NCBI GenBank assembly: GCA_027022105.1
Contig: JALVZH010000301.1
Location: 1-58,147 of the forward strand
DNA: 58,147 nucleotides
Direction of reading: 5' to 3'
Source of the DNA: Bacteroidales bacterium
Lineage (GTDB): Bacteria > Bacteroidota > Bacteroidia > Bacteroidales > F082
The notes beneath the pieces are model-generated. The model saw only the letters and a program-made list of their open reading frames with translations, made no database searches and was not told the DNA's origin. A program made the translations under genes and the position numbers. Positions 46,829-58,147 of the stretch are shown one piece after another. Numbering within the stretch: the first letter of the stretch is position 1; each line of letters opens with the position of its first letter.

Positions 46829-48088
46829 ATGTATGAAGAATTACAGGTAAGACGCAAAATGGTCCAATTACTCCCTTTGGAAAATGAACGGACAATCGTT
46901 CTTTTGACGGGAGCACGGCAAACAGGAAAAACCACTCTTGTTAAAGATAAGTATTCCGGGTTAAAATATTTTAACCTTGATGCTGTTGAATTCCGGCAAC
47001 AGTTAAGTGAAATAAGTACATTTTCATGGCATAAGAATGTTGGTAATGCTATTCTTGACGAGATTCAAAAAGAACCCGGTTTGTTTGAAAAAATAAAGTT
47101 TTCGTTTGATGAAGGACAGCTTACTTTTACGGTACTCACCGGGTCATCTCAGGTACTTCTATTAAAAAAGGTTCGTGAAACCATGGCCGGAAGAATTAAA
47201 CTTTTTGAACTTTTCCCTTTGATGTTATCTGAATTGGTTGATCCGTATGGAGAGAAAAAATCATCCGTATGTTTGGAGCAATTAACTGAAAGTAAATCGT
47301 TAGATACTCTTTTTAAAGATTATCCCTCAGTTTTATTGGGAAATGACTGGGAAGCTTTAAAAACTGCCGAAGACCTGTTAATAAAGTGGGGTGGCATGCC
47401 GTCATTATTGCACATAAAAAATGATAATGACCGGATAAATTGGCTTCACGACTATTCGGTTACATACCTTGAACGTGATCTTGCCGATTTGGCGCGGTTG
47501 AGTCATTTGATGCCTTTCAGAAAGTTTCAGGCTGTTGCAGCATTGCGGGCGGCAAATGTTTTGCAATATTCCGAGCTGGCCAGGGATACCGGAATTTCTG
47601 TTGAAACTTCAAGAAGATATATGGAGTATTTATCTGTATTGTATCAGAATTTTTTATTACAACCTTATTATAAAAATTTAACAAGCAGTCTGGTAAAAGC
47701 TCCCAAACTGTTTTGGACGGATAACGGTTTGTTACGGCAATCTTCGGGAATCGGTTTTAATATAACAACCGGCCAACTTTATGAAAATTATGTTGTTTCG
47801 GAAACAGTGAAATATATGAAAACAATCCGGAACAATGCGGGACTTTATTATTACCGTACCCGGTCGGGCATGGAAATAGATCTTATTATCGAAACGCAAT
47901 ACGGTTTAATAGCAATCGAGATAAAAAACAGGGATACTGTTGTTCAAAGTGATTTTTCATCAATTAAAAAGCTGGCTGCTGTTGCCGGCAAACAATGGGT
48001 CGGGGGAATTGTTGCATACCGGGGAAATAAAATTGAAAAGTTTGGCAATAACCTCTGGGCCGTTCCGTCATCAAGGTTATTAAGTTGA
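46829..48088 (+). CDS. AAA+ ATPase with DUF4143 domain
   Basis: GARQTGKTT, ILDEIQK, LTGSS, GGMP, KAPKLFWTDNG, EIDL...AIEIK. Start at ATG 46829 after TAAATTTG (46815-46822). Confidence 0.88.
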   Translation: MYEELQVRRKMVQLLPLENERTIVLLTGARQTGKTTLVKDKYSGLKYFNLDAVEFRQQLSEISTFSWHKNVGNAILDEIQKEPGLFEKIKFSFDEGQLTFTVLTGSSQVLLLKKVRETMAGRIKLFELFPLMLSELVDPYGEKKSSVCLEQLTESKSLDTLFKDYPSVLLGNDWEALKTAEDLLIKWGGMPSLLHIKNDNDRINWLHDYSVTYLERDLADLARLSHLMPFRKFQAVAALRAANVLQYSELARDTGISVETSRRYMEYLSVLYQNFLLQPYYKNLTSSLVKAPKLFWTDNGLLRQSSGIGFNITTGQLYENYVVSETVKYMKTIRNNAGLYYYRTRSGMEIDLIIETQYGLIAIEIKNRDTVVQSDFSSIKKLAAVAGKQWVGGIVAYRGNKIEKFGNNLWAVPSSRLLS

Positions 48089-48254
48089 TATTTTGTGTGT
48101 TGTGCAAGGTTGAAGCTTTCTTAACAAATCATATGTTACTTAATAATAAGTATAAATTACTACTTAATTTTAAGGTAAAACGGATTACGGATGGAATTTG
48201 TTACTTAATTTTTATAAATTTGCGGTTGTTGATTTCACCTTATAGACCAAACAA

Positions 48255-48839
48255 ATGCCTGTATCTGCTTATATTGTAGATGACGAAAAGTATTCCAATA
48301 AACGCCTGGTTTATATGCTGCAGAACTTCTTGCACGGAGAAGTAAAGGTGTTGGGAACATCCACTAACCCTGAAGAGGTGTTGGATGTGGTGCCCCAAAC
48401 AAAACCTGACATTCTGTTTCTGGATATTGAGATGCCGGAGATGAGCGGTATTGATCTGGCAAAACAATTACAAAGCAAAGGATACTGGGGAAGGATTATT
48501 TTTGTGAGCGGATACAAACAATATCTCATTAAAGCGTTACGGTCAAATGCTTTCGACTTTATCCTGAAACCTGTGGATGTGGATGAATTAAAAAGAGCCA
48601 TTGAGCGGTATAAAAAAGAGATTGACAGAGAGTTTAATCCCGAAATAGTGCGTAAATACAATCTGTCAAAGAGGGAAATGGAAGTTGTGTCGTATCTTGG
48701 AAAAGGTTTGTCTTCCGAAGAAATTGCCGAAAAGCTCTTTTTAAGTAAAAATACGGTTGATACCCATAGGCGAAATGTGCTTCACAAAACCAAAACCCGG
48801 AATGTGGTAGAGCTGTTGAATTTATTAAGAAGCCGCTGA
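48255..48839 (+). CDS. Response regulator (receiver + LuxR HTH)
   Basis: IVDDE, LFLDIEMPEMSG, FILKP; LSKREMEV...EIAEKLFLSKNTVDTHRRN. Confidence 0.92.
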   Translation: MPVSAYIVDDEKYSNKRLVYMLQNFLHGEVKVLGTSTNPEEVLDVVPQTKPDILFLDIEMPEMSGIDLAKQLQSKGYWGRIIFVSGYKQYLIKALRSNAFDFILKPVDVDELKRAIERYKKEIDREFNPEIVRKYNLSKREMEVVSYLGKGLSSEEIAEKLFLSKNTVDTHRRNVLHKTKTRNVVELLNLLRSR

Positions 48840-48857
48840 TTAAAGTGTGACCCTGAT

Positions 48858-51026
48858 TTAATATTCGTCCTCAACAAGTTCAAAATCAAGCTGTCGTCTT
48901 ACCAGATTTACATTTTTTACCAGCACTTTTACCTTGTCGCCAAGCCGGTAGGTATTACCGTATCGTTTTCCTATTATCTGATAATTGTCTTCATCAAGAT
49001 AATAAAAGTCGTCTTTCAGGCTTTCAAAACGGATTAGTCCTTCGCTTTTGCTGACAACCAGTTCCACAAAAAGTCCCCATTTGCTTACCCCTGAAATAAG
49101 TCCGTCGAACACTTTCCCTGTCTTATCGGTAAGAAATTCCACCTGTTTGTATTTCACCGAATCGCGTTCGGCATTTTGTGCCCGGCGTTCCATTTCCGAG
49201 GCATGTTTGCACATCTCCTCATAAGCCTCTTTGTTAACCGATTTTTTCCCTTCAAGATAACGCTCCAGCAGGCGGTGTACCATCAGGTCGGGGTAGCGCC
49301 TGATGGGTGAGGTAAAGTGGGTGTAATAGGGAAATGCAAGCCCGTAATGGCCAATGTTATCGGTTGAGTAATAGGCTTTTGCCATGGTGCGTATGGCTAT
49401 GGTCTCAATCATATTCTCTTCGCCTTTCCCTTTAATGGCGTTGAATAGTTTGTTGTACGATTCGGCCAGTGTTTCACGCGACTGAATGTTTAGCGAATAT
49501 CCCAACTTTCGTAAAAACTGCATAAAAGTATTCAGCTTTTCGGGGTTGGGTTCGTCGTGAACGCGATAAACAAAGGTTTTCGGTTTTTTGTTGCCGGCGG
49601 GTTTGCCGATAAATTCGGCAACACTTCTGTTGGCAAGAAGCATAAACTCCTCAACCAGAAAATTGGCCTCTTTTTGCTCTTTAATGTATGTTTCAACGGG
49701 TTTTCCGTTTTCGTCGAGGCGAAATTTAATTTCCGGGGTATTGAAATTAATAGCCCCTGCTCTAAATCTTTTTTTACGTAAAATTTGTGCCATACGATGA
49801 AGCGTCAGAATTTTATCGGCATATTCACCCTCTTCATTTTCAATAATTTCCTGAACTTCGCCATAGTTAAATCTTCTGTCGGAACGGATGACCGTTTTCC
49901 CGAACCATTGGCCAAGTACCTCCGCTTTTTCATTTATTTTAAAAACCGCCGAAAAGGTAAGCTTCTCCTCATTAGGGCGCAGCGAACATACCTCGTTCGA
50001 AAGTTTTTCGGGAAGCATGGGAATAACCCTGTCAACAAGATAAACGGAAGTTCCCCGTTCAAAAGCCTCTTTGTCGAGGGGTGTTGCCGGCCTTACGTAG
50101 TGCGAAACATCGGCTATATGTACGCCCGCTTCCCAAAGTCCGTCGCCAAGCGGACGCAACGACAAAGCGTCATCAAAATCTTTGGCATCTACCGGGTCGA
50201 TGGTGATGGTCCATACATCGCGGAAGTCTTTGCGGCTTTTTATCTCTATATCCGGAATTTTGGTTTTAATGCGGCCTGCCGCTTTTTCTACCTCTTTGGG
50301 AAACGAAAGCGGGAAGTTGTAGTCCGCCAGGATTGACTTCATCTCCACGTCATTAAGCCCCGGCTTTCCAAGCACTTCAATTATCTCTCCGAACGGATTG
50401 TTGGAATGCTCGGGCCAGTCGATGATACGTACCAGAACTTTATCGCCGTTTTCCCCTTTTTTCAGGTTGCGTTCGGGTACAAAAATATCATACGGCATTG
50501 CGGAATTATCGGGAATGACAAACCCGAAGTTTTGCGATAATTGCAAAAGTCCTACGTAGGTATCTTTCCTTCTCTCCAACACTTCAACGATTTTTCCTTC
50601 CGGTTTTCTGCCTTTTCTTCTCGGGAAAAGCAAAACTTTAACGTGGTCTTCGTTCAAGGCATGGTCCACATTGTTTGAAGCTATGTATATATCGTCGCCT
50701 CCTTCATCGGGGATTACATAGGCTTTGCCGGTGCTTTTCATGTCAACCGTACCGGTGATATAGTGTTTTTTCGGCAAAATCTCTTCGGCATTTTCAACGT
50801 TGAGGACATATTTTCCCCGTTTCACTTCCTGCAGTTCGCCTGCCTGAAGCATTTCTTCCAATATTTCGAATATCACCTGTTTACCTGCCTTGTCGCGGAT
50901 GCCCAGTTGTGCTGCTATCTGTTTGTTGTTGTAGGCTCTGAAAGGATTTTCGGCAAATAGTGAGAGTATTATTCGTGCAAGTGTATTTTTAGGGTGTTTT
51001 CCTTTTTTTCTTCTTTTTTTCGACAT
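48858..51026 (-). CDS. rnr: Ribonuclease R
   Basis: TIDPVDAKDFDDAL, VHIADVSHYV, EEFMLLAN and YTHFTSPIRRYPD motifs, C-terminal S1 domain. Start at ATG 51026 after TACTTTTG (51055-51048). Confidence 0.96.
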   Translation of the reverse strand: MSKKRRKKGKHPKNTLARIILSLFAENPFRAYNNKQIAAQLGIRDKAGKQVIFEILEEMLQAGELQEVKRGKYVLNVENAEEILPKKHYITGTVDMKSTGKAYVIPDEGGDDIYIASNNVDHALNEDHVKVLLFPRRKGRKPEGKIVEVLERRKDTYVGLLQLSQNFGFVIPDNSAMPYDIFVPERNLKKGENGDKVLVRIIDWPEHSNNPFGEIIEVLGKPGLNDVEMKSILADYNFPLSFPKEVEKAAGRIKTKIPDIEIKSRKDFRDVWTITIDPVDAKDFDDALSLRPLGDGLWEAGVHIADVSHYVRPATPLDKEAFERGTSVYLVDRVIPMLPEKLSNEVCSLRPNEEKLTFSAVFKINEKAEVLGQWFGKTVIRSDRRFNYGEVQEIIENEEGEYADKILTLHRMAQILRKKRFRAGAINFNTPEIKFRLDENGKPVETYIKEQKEANFLVEEFMLLANRSVAEFIGKPAGNKKPKTFVYRVHDEPNPEKLNTFMQFLRKLGYSLNIQSRETLAESYNKLFNAIKGKGEENMIETIAIRTMAKAYYSTDNIGHYGLAFPYYTHFTSPIRRYPDLMVHRLLERYLEGKKSVNKEAYEEMCKHASEMERRAQNAERDSVKYKQVEFLTDKTGKVFDGLISGVSKWGLFVELVVSKSEGLIRFESLKDDFYYLDEDNYQIIGKRYGNTYRLGDKVKVLVKNVNLVRRQLDFELVEDEY

Positions 51027-51211
51027 TTTATTCGGTTTAATTTTCTGCAAAAGTAGGCAATAGTTATGGTTTTGTTACTATGAGTTTCAAAATGTTATGT
51101 TATTTTAACGCTTTACGGCCGAAGTTATGAAAGGTTAAACGAATATTAAGTTTCTGTAAAGAAAAATATTTACAAAACACCTGATGCCCCTTGCAACAAG
51201 CTTTTTCGGTA

Positions 51212-52837
<1,626 letters not shown>

Positions 52838-52960
52838 CTAAAAATTAAGTTTACAAAGAAACAAATTTTTGACAGACCGGTTTAACATTTTTGAATTAAT
52901 TCTACCTGAAAAAATAAATTGTTACTTTTTCACGTTTGCAGACAACAAATCTAATAATTC

Positions 52961-54010
52961 ATGTTTAAACTTAAAGTTTTTCTATTGTTGATAATTGCCG
53001 CCTTTTTATGGCAGGGTTGCAGCAAACATTATGATCCGTTTCATTCAAAATCAAAATGGCTGAAAGATTTTTTTGATGAGATTATTTCGGGAAAATACCC
53101 TGATATTGCCGCTATAAATTATTGGGATGAAAATTTCGGGGATACTTACTTAAAAATAAATTCCTCGAAAATATCTGAAAAAACCTATCGTAATCTTGTA
53201 TCGGACGATATATTTATCACAAAATGTACATTTTCTGGAAAGAAGCTTATTCCTGTTGAAGGGAAAATGTACCTTTCTGCTTTCCCCGATTTTGCGGGAA
53301 CTGAAGATACGGTTACGGCAGAGCGGATTCAAAAATTTGAGGAAACTGCCGGTAAGGAGATAGCCTGGGCCTATTTTTCAAATAACTGGCTGGATAGCCT
53401 GGTTTTTCCCGGAAATGCCGTACAGGTTATTGCCGGGGAAGGGGAAACGCCTTTTGTACGATTGATGTTTCGCAGTGTTTTTGAAGAGGATAAAGAAGAC
53501 CCCAAGTATAAGCTGACAGACATTATAAACGGAACTTACGATGTTGCACTTGAAGCCTGGGCTGTTGAAGCTGCAAATTGCGGTGTTAACCTGCTTGCCG
53601 AATTCGGTACGGAGGTAAACGGCAGTTGGTTTCCATGGAACGGCATTTATTGCGGCGGTGGCGAAACAACAGGATACGGAGACCCGGAATACCCCGACGG
53701 ACCTGAGATTTTCAGAGATGCCTATCGCCATATTATTGATATCTGTAATCAGCAGGGGGCTGATAACATTACCTGGTTTTTTCATTTTGACGACAGCAAC
53801 GAACCGGACGAGTGGTGGAATACCCCCGAATATTATTATCCCGGCGATGACTACATCGACTGGATCGGCGTAAGTGTTTACGGCCCTTTTCACCGGGGTG
53901 ATGAATATATAAAACCCGAAGAATTAATAGATGCTGCCTATGAGATGATGAGAAATGTATCTGAAAATAAACCGTACGCTATTCTTGAGTTTGGAGTAAC
54001 GGAGTTATAA
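52961..54010 (+). CDS. GH26-like glycoside hydrolase lipoprotein, apparently circularly permuted
   Basis: Lipobox WQGC; FGTEVNGSWFPW (acid/base), YYPGDDYIDWIGVSVYG, KPYAILEFG (nucleophile) at the extreme C-terminus. Confidence 0.8.
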   Translation: MFKLKVFLLLIIAAFLWQGCSKHYDPFHSKSKWLKDFFDEIISGKYPDIAAINYWDENFGDTYLKINSSKISEKTYRNLVSDDIFITKCTFSGKKLIPVEGKMYLSAFPDFAGTEDTVTAERIQKFEETAGKEIAWAYFSNNWLDSLVFPGNAVQVIAGEGETPFVRLMFRSVFEEDKEDPKYKLTDIINGTYDVALEAWAVEAANCGVNLLAEFGTEVNGSWFPWNGIYCGGGETTGYGDPEYPDGPEIFRDAYRHIIDICNQQGADNITWFFHFDDSNEPDEWWNTPEYYYPGDDYIDWIGVSVYGPFHRGDEYIKPEELIDAAYEMMRNVSENKPYAILEFGVTEL

Positions 54011-54027
54011 CCGGAAAACAGGGAATA

Positions 54028-55812
54028 CTATTGTAGTTTGAGATTCATTTCATTATCAGTATTTTCCATATACGATTCTATCAATAACCGTTTTTTTGAG
54101 GTAATGTTCATGCTTTTGTCTGTATCGTATCCTGCAAGATACTTTGCCAGTGCTTCGAGAACTATGGCGCCGGTGTAGGCTTCACTTCGCCAAACTGCAA
54201 GGTCGGAATAAGATGACGAAAAGAAAATTCCTGCCGTCCACTTGTAGCTATAGCGGGGGATGTTTTTCATTTTTTCAAAAGCATCCCGGTTATGAATTTT
54301 CTGTTTTTTTCTCTTTCTGATGAGATAGTCAACGGCATCATCTATTGCCCGGCGGTATTCCGTTTCTTTTCCGGTTTCTTTTGCAATGTCTTCGCCTATA
54401 TTTAGCAAAGCACACAAACCATAAGCTGTAGAGAGGATGTCGGAACGGTCTTTTCCTCCCGGAAATGCACCCTTTTTCCTGGGTTTTCCGTTACTGTAAT
54501 CATCCTGCAATGCCAGCAAATCGTTTAACAATTTCCCCATGCCCGACCGCAGAACCGTGATATTACCGTCGCGGTATGCCCGTGTAACGGCGTATGGAAA
54601 GGTCATTTTGTTGGGATAATAAAGTCCGCAATCGGGCCACCGGTGCAGCTCAATTGCCCTTAACAACATGGCGGCAGACTCATGAAAACCCCGGATGTTT
54701 TTTCTGTTCATCATACCGGCAGCCAGCATAATATTGGCATTGATAACGGCATCCACATTGTTAAATCCCAATGGGATATCACCTATTGCCGGGGCCGAAA
54801 AAAGGGGCTCCGTTTCATCCCTTAACCAGGTAAGCCAGGCACCGCTGTTTTTTCTTTTCCAAAAATCGCGTGGGTCTTCATAAAGGGGATACCGTCCGTT
54901 ATCACGCCATTTTTCAATTTCGGTCAGTGCGGCAGTGTCGATTATTGTTGTGGCTGTAGCTGAACTATCATTTATCTCTTTGTAATACTTTTTTTTAAGC
55001 AACTGAATTGTAACCTCTCCCGCAGTATCGTCCGCATCGTTCGGAATATTGAAGAACGAGACCACTCCATGCGGGTTGAGTTGCGGATTCATTACCTTTT
55101 TGAACCAGTCGGTGGAAGGAACATCCTGTCTGCAGACAATTCGTTTCCACAAAAAACGGTGGTGCGGATTGATATACGAATTGGCAAGAACTTCAATGTC
55201 ATGTAACGGAATATTTAATGGCCCGTGAAAACCGGGTTTGTCCGGAACAGGGGGCCAGAAATTATATGCTTTTCCCCGTTTAAAATGTACGTCGAGGTTA
55301 CGGGTGTTCTCTATCATTTCATGTATGAGCCGGTGGTCTGATTTTTCCTTGAATAAAAAGAAAGGATAAAGAATATAAGTGGCAGTAAACAGGTTGGGAT
55401 CGTGAACGGCAACAATGGAACGGCCTCTGAAGCCCAAACGTTGGGGTAAAAAATGAACCGAGCTTGCCCATTCACCCTCTATGTTGTGTGTCTTAAGGGG
55501 TGGCCTTATGTTTGCATGAAAAGGGGGTAAAAAGGGGAGGTTGATTTCTTGCCTGCTTTTGGCACCGTCGCCTGCATCGGTGGCATCGTAATAGCAACTG
55601 CGTCGCCCCTTTCTGTCAATAATCTGGTTGTCGTACAGATAATATATAATTCCTCTTACCGTCTCTTTTATCTCTTTGTTTTCAAGGCGTTTTGCCACAA
55701 TTAAGGAATCGGGCCGGGCACCGGATAACCTATGGAAGCCACAGGTGACAAATAATATGATTACAGTCAGACGTAATAATGGTTTTGCCTGTTTGATGCC
55801 AACCCCTGTCAT
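54028..55812 (-). CDS. Hypothetical protein with prenyltransferase / squalene-cyclase-like motifs
   Basis: PNDADDTA, VDAVINANI, YYP, LLALQ...GAF and STAYGLCAL motifs; N-terminal hydrophobic segment; TATCTTTG at 55858-55851. Confidence 0.65.
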   Translation of the reverse strand: MTGVGIKQAKPLLRLTVIILFVTCGFHRLSGARPDSLIVAKRLENKEIKETVRGIIYYLYDNQIIDRKGRRSCYYDATDAGDGAKSRQEINLPFLPPFHANIRPPLKTHNIEGEWASSVHFLPQRLGFRGRSIVAVHDPNLFTATYILYPFFLFKEKSDHRLIHEMIENTRNLDVHFKRGKAYNFWPPVPDKPGFHGPLNIPLHDIEVLANSYINPHHRFLWKRIVCRQDVPSTDWFKKVMNPQLNPHGVVSFFNIPNDADDTAGEVTIQLLKKKYYKEINDSSATATTIIDTAALTEIEKWRDNGRYPLYEDPRDFWKRKNSGAWLTWLRDETEPLFSAPAIGDIPLGFNNVDAVINANIMLAAGMMNRKNIRGFHESAAMLLRAIELHRWPDCGLYYPNKMTFPYAVTRAYRDGNITVLRSGMGKLLNDLLALQDDYSNGKPRKKGAFPGGKDRSDILSTAYGLCALLNIGEDIAKETGKETEYRRAIDDAVDYLIRKRKKQKIHNRDAFEKMKNIPRYSYKWTAGIFFSSSYSDLAVWRSEAYTGAIVLEALAKYLAGYDTDKSMNITSKKRLLIESYMENTDNEMNLKLQ

Positions 55813-56048
55813 AGTTTAGATTTAAAACTATCCTCATCCAATACAAAGGCCAAAGATATAAAAAAGATTTTTTTGTTAATTTTAAACAGCCTGACCTGCC
55901 GCCCGAAAAAACCTAATCTTATCAAACTAAATAAGAAAAAACAGCTCTTTTAATTAAAGAGTTTTTACAAATCTGATGTGGCAGGGCTTTAAAACCAAAT
56001 TTATGTACTTTTGCTGCCTTTGGAAAAACACTTTAATAATAACAGGAT

Positions 56049-57635
56049 TTGATAAGGCGAATAAAAATATTTCTTTGTAAATCAGGGTATTTGGCTCTTT
56101 TTGTTATGGGTGTTATTCTGTTTTTTACATCCTGTTCCGGTGGCAAGGTTAATAATAAAGAATCTTTTACTAAAAAAACCGGGAATGAGAGTGGAAAATA
56201 TTTAAAACAACTGGAATCTGTCAGAGGCAAAGACAGTTTGCTGATGTTGATGAACCGTTTTGCAGATGATGTGGAAACGGAACTTGATACCGTTGAGAAA
56301 GCGAGGTACTTTTCGGGGCTGGGTGTTTTGTTGTATAAGCATTCGGAGCTTCGTCTTTCCGATTCGGTTTTCGGGTTGGCCCGTGAGCTTTACGGACACC
56401 TTGGCGACAGTGCCAATACAATGCACATGTGGATGAATCAGGCCGCCATGAAGGAGATGAGCGGGAATTACGACAGTGCTGTTTCCATTTACATCAAGGT
56501 AATAGACTTTTTTAAAAGGGAAAAAGATACGGTACAACTGGCCAACGGATATTCAAACCTTGCCATTTTGTACGAGGAAATAGAACAACCCGAAAAAGCT
56601 ATTGATTACGACTTGAAAGCACTTGAATTGCGACAGAAAATAAAAGATACATTAAATATTGCCTATTCGTACAACAACCTCGGAGTTGTTTTTACCGAGC
56701 TGAAAGACAACCCCGATTCGGCACTTTATTATTACAAAAAAGCTGCAGATATCTTTAAAATGCTGCATGCCACAATGCAATATGCAACGGTGACCAACAA
56801 CATCGGCCATATTTATCTGAATGAAAAAGAGTACGATCTTGCCGGGGAATATTTTCTTTATCCGCTTCATGTTTACGATTCGCTGGATATTGATCAGGGC
56901 AAAGCCGAAGTGCTGAGGAGTTTCGGACAACTCTATTTTGCCAAAGGAAATTACCGCGAAGCCATTCATGCACTGCAGGAAGCCATCCGGATAAATAAAA
57001 AGCTCTCTATGATGAAAGAGGTGCTGGAAATAGAGAAGATACTTGCCAAGATTTACATTGCCGAAGGTAATTATGCAGGAGCTACCGGAATTATGCAGGA
57101 GCACAACCGGCTGAGCGATTCGCTGTTGGGAATGGAAAAGCAAAAAGCCATTGCCGACATGGAAACCAAATACCGGGTTAAAGAAAAAAACAAAACCATA
57201 GAGGTGTTGAGGCTCGAAGAGGCTCTTCACAAAAAGCAGATAAAATACCAAACCGTTTTGATATCCCTGTTGGTGGTAATATTTGTTCTCATTGCCATTT
57301 TGTTCTATTACCACCGTAAAAAGAATGAAACCCGTCAGCGTCAACTACGCCTCGAACTGCAAAACTATCTGTTGCGTATCGGCGAACTTCAGGATGAGAT
57401 TCAGGAGAAAGGCAACTGCACCAAATTTTCCGAAGAAAAGATAAAACAGTTCGACCTTTCGGAACGCGAAGCGGAAGTGCTCCGCCTCATAGCTTTAGGT
57501 TATAAAAACAGCGAAATTGCCGAAAAACTGTTTATTTCGCAAAACACGGTAAAAACACACATCAAAAACATTTATGTAAAACTGGACGTAAAAAACCGCG
57601 TGGAAGCCCTGAAACGTCTCGATATGATGAAATAA
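56049..57635 (+). CDS. TPR-sensor, single-TM, LuxR-HTH one-component regulator
   Basis: Multiple YSNLA/YNNLG TPRs, TM VLISLLVVIFVLIAILFYY, LSEREAEVL...EIAEKLFISQNTVKTHIKNIY. Start is uncertain. Confidence 0.88.
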   Translation: MIRRIKIFLCKSGYLALFVMGVILFFTSCSGGKVNNKESFTKKTGNESGKYLKQLESVRGKDSLLMLMNRFADDVETELDTVEKARYFSGLGVLLYKHSELRLSDSVFGLARELYGHLGDSANTMHMWMNQAAMKEMSGNYDSAVSIYIKVIDFFKREKDTVQLANGYSNLAILYEEIEQPEKAIDYDLKALELRQKIKDTLNIAYSYNNLGVVFTELKDNPDSALYYYKKAADIFKMLHATMQYATVTNNIGHIYLNEKEYDLAGEYFLYPLHVYDSLDIDQGKAEVLRSFGQLYFAKGNYREAIHALQEAIRINKKLSMMKEVLEIEKILAKIYIAEGNYAGATGIMQEHNRLSDSLLGMEKQKAIADMETKYRVKEKNKTIEVLRLEEALHKKQIKYQTVLISLLVVIFVLIAILFYYHRKKNETRQRQLRLELQNYLLRIGELQDEIQEKGNCTKFSEEKIKQFDLSEREAEVLRLIALGYKNSEIAEKLFISQNTVKTHIKNIYVKLDVKNRVEALKRLDMMK

Positions 57636-57893
57636 ATTATACCGGTTCTCAATTCTGTATTTCCGGTTTGAATATCTTTTAAACCGCCGATAAATTTTTG
57701 TATTTTTATACGCATAAATTATTACATTTGTAAAAGAAAATAAAATCACACTTCGTAACCGGGAATTAACCATAAATATAAAGCGCTAAATTTGAATATT
57801 TTGAAAAATAAATAAGCCGGCAAACTAAATAAAGGTTGTTTTGATACATCTTGTTTTTATGTTGTCATTTTCCGATGCAATTGGAGAAACATT

Positions 57894-58147
57894 ATGAATA
57901 CACGTAAAGCTATAGGGATAACGATTATAACACTCTTGTTCTCAGGGCTTTTAAACCTTAAGGCTTCTGTCCGCAAACAAATTTCCATTGACAGTTTGAA
58001 ACAGGTAATCGATACCGCAAGCCCCGACAGCAACCTGATAAAAACTTATATTAAAATTGGCGACTATTATTATCATTACACAAATCCCGATTCCGTATTG
58101 TATTATTATCGTAAAGCACTAAAGCTGGCCGGAAAGCTTGAAATGGA
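57894..58147 (+). CDS. 5' part of an exported TPR protein (probable sensor; runs off the window)
   Basis: MNTRKAIGITIITLLFSGLLNLKA...IDSLKQVI...DSVLYYYRKALKL, open to the window end. Confidence 0.75.
   Translation, partial: MNTRKAIGITIITLLFSGLLNLKASVRKQISIDSLKQVIDTASPDSNLIKTYIKIGDYYYHYTNPDSVLYYYRKALKLAGKLEM

Overview
A 58-kb chromosomal segment from a Bacteroidota bacterium, probably an anaerobic Bacteroidales-type organism. The assignment rests on many TAnnTTTG -7 promoter boxes, a T9SS-cargo gene, an isolated atpDC pair, and S46/S9 dipeptidyl peptidases. Housekeeping genes (serS, rsmA, pth, rplY, prs, atpD, atpC, rnr, pyrG, a U32 protein) are interleaved with an acyl-CoA operon, a TolC-TetR-CPBP-MFP-RND efflux operon and small accessory insertions (TA genes, Fic, two AAA-DUF4143 ATPases, a four-helix-bundle gene). 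I saw no tRNA, rRNA, CRISPR array, integrase or transposase. Best leads: (1) a three-gene envelope operon next to a divergent Crp/Fnr gene, encoding two exported rhodaneses and a porin with three Cys including a SoxY-like GGCGG loop, possibly a trans-outer-membrane sulfur relay; (2) an apparently circularly permuted GH26-like lipoprotein; (3) two dispersed non-coding repeat families, one with clear compensatory stem changes and one modular, nested inside each other at about 34.1-34.45 kb; (4) an integron-cassette-like unit with an attC-like palindrome; (5) a four-helix-bundle gene bracketed by complementary heptamer arrays; (6) a probably exported DxDDTA cyclase-like protein. All product calls come from motif recognition by eye, not database searches.
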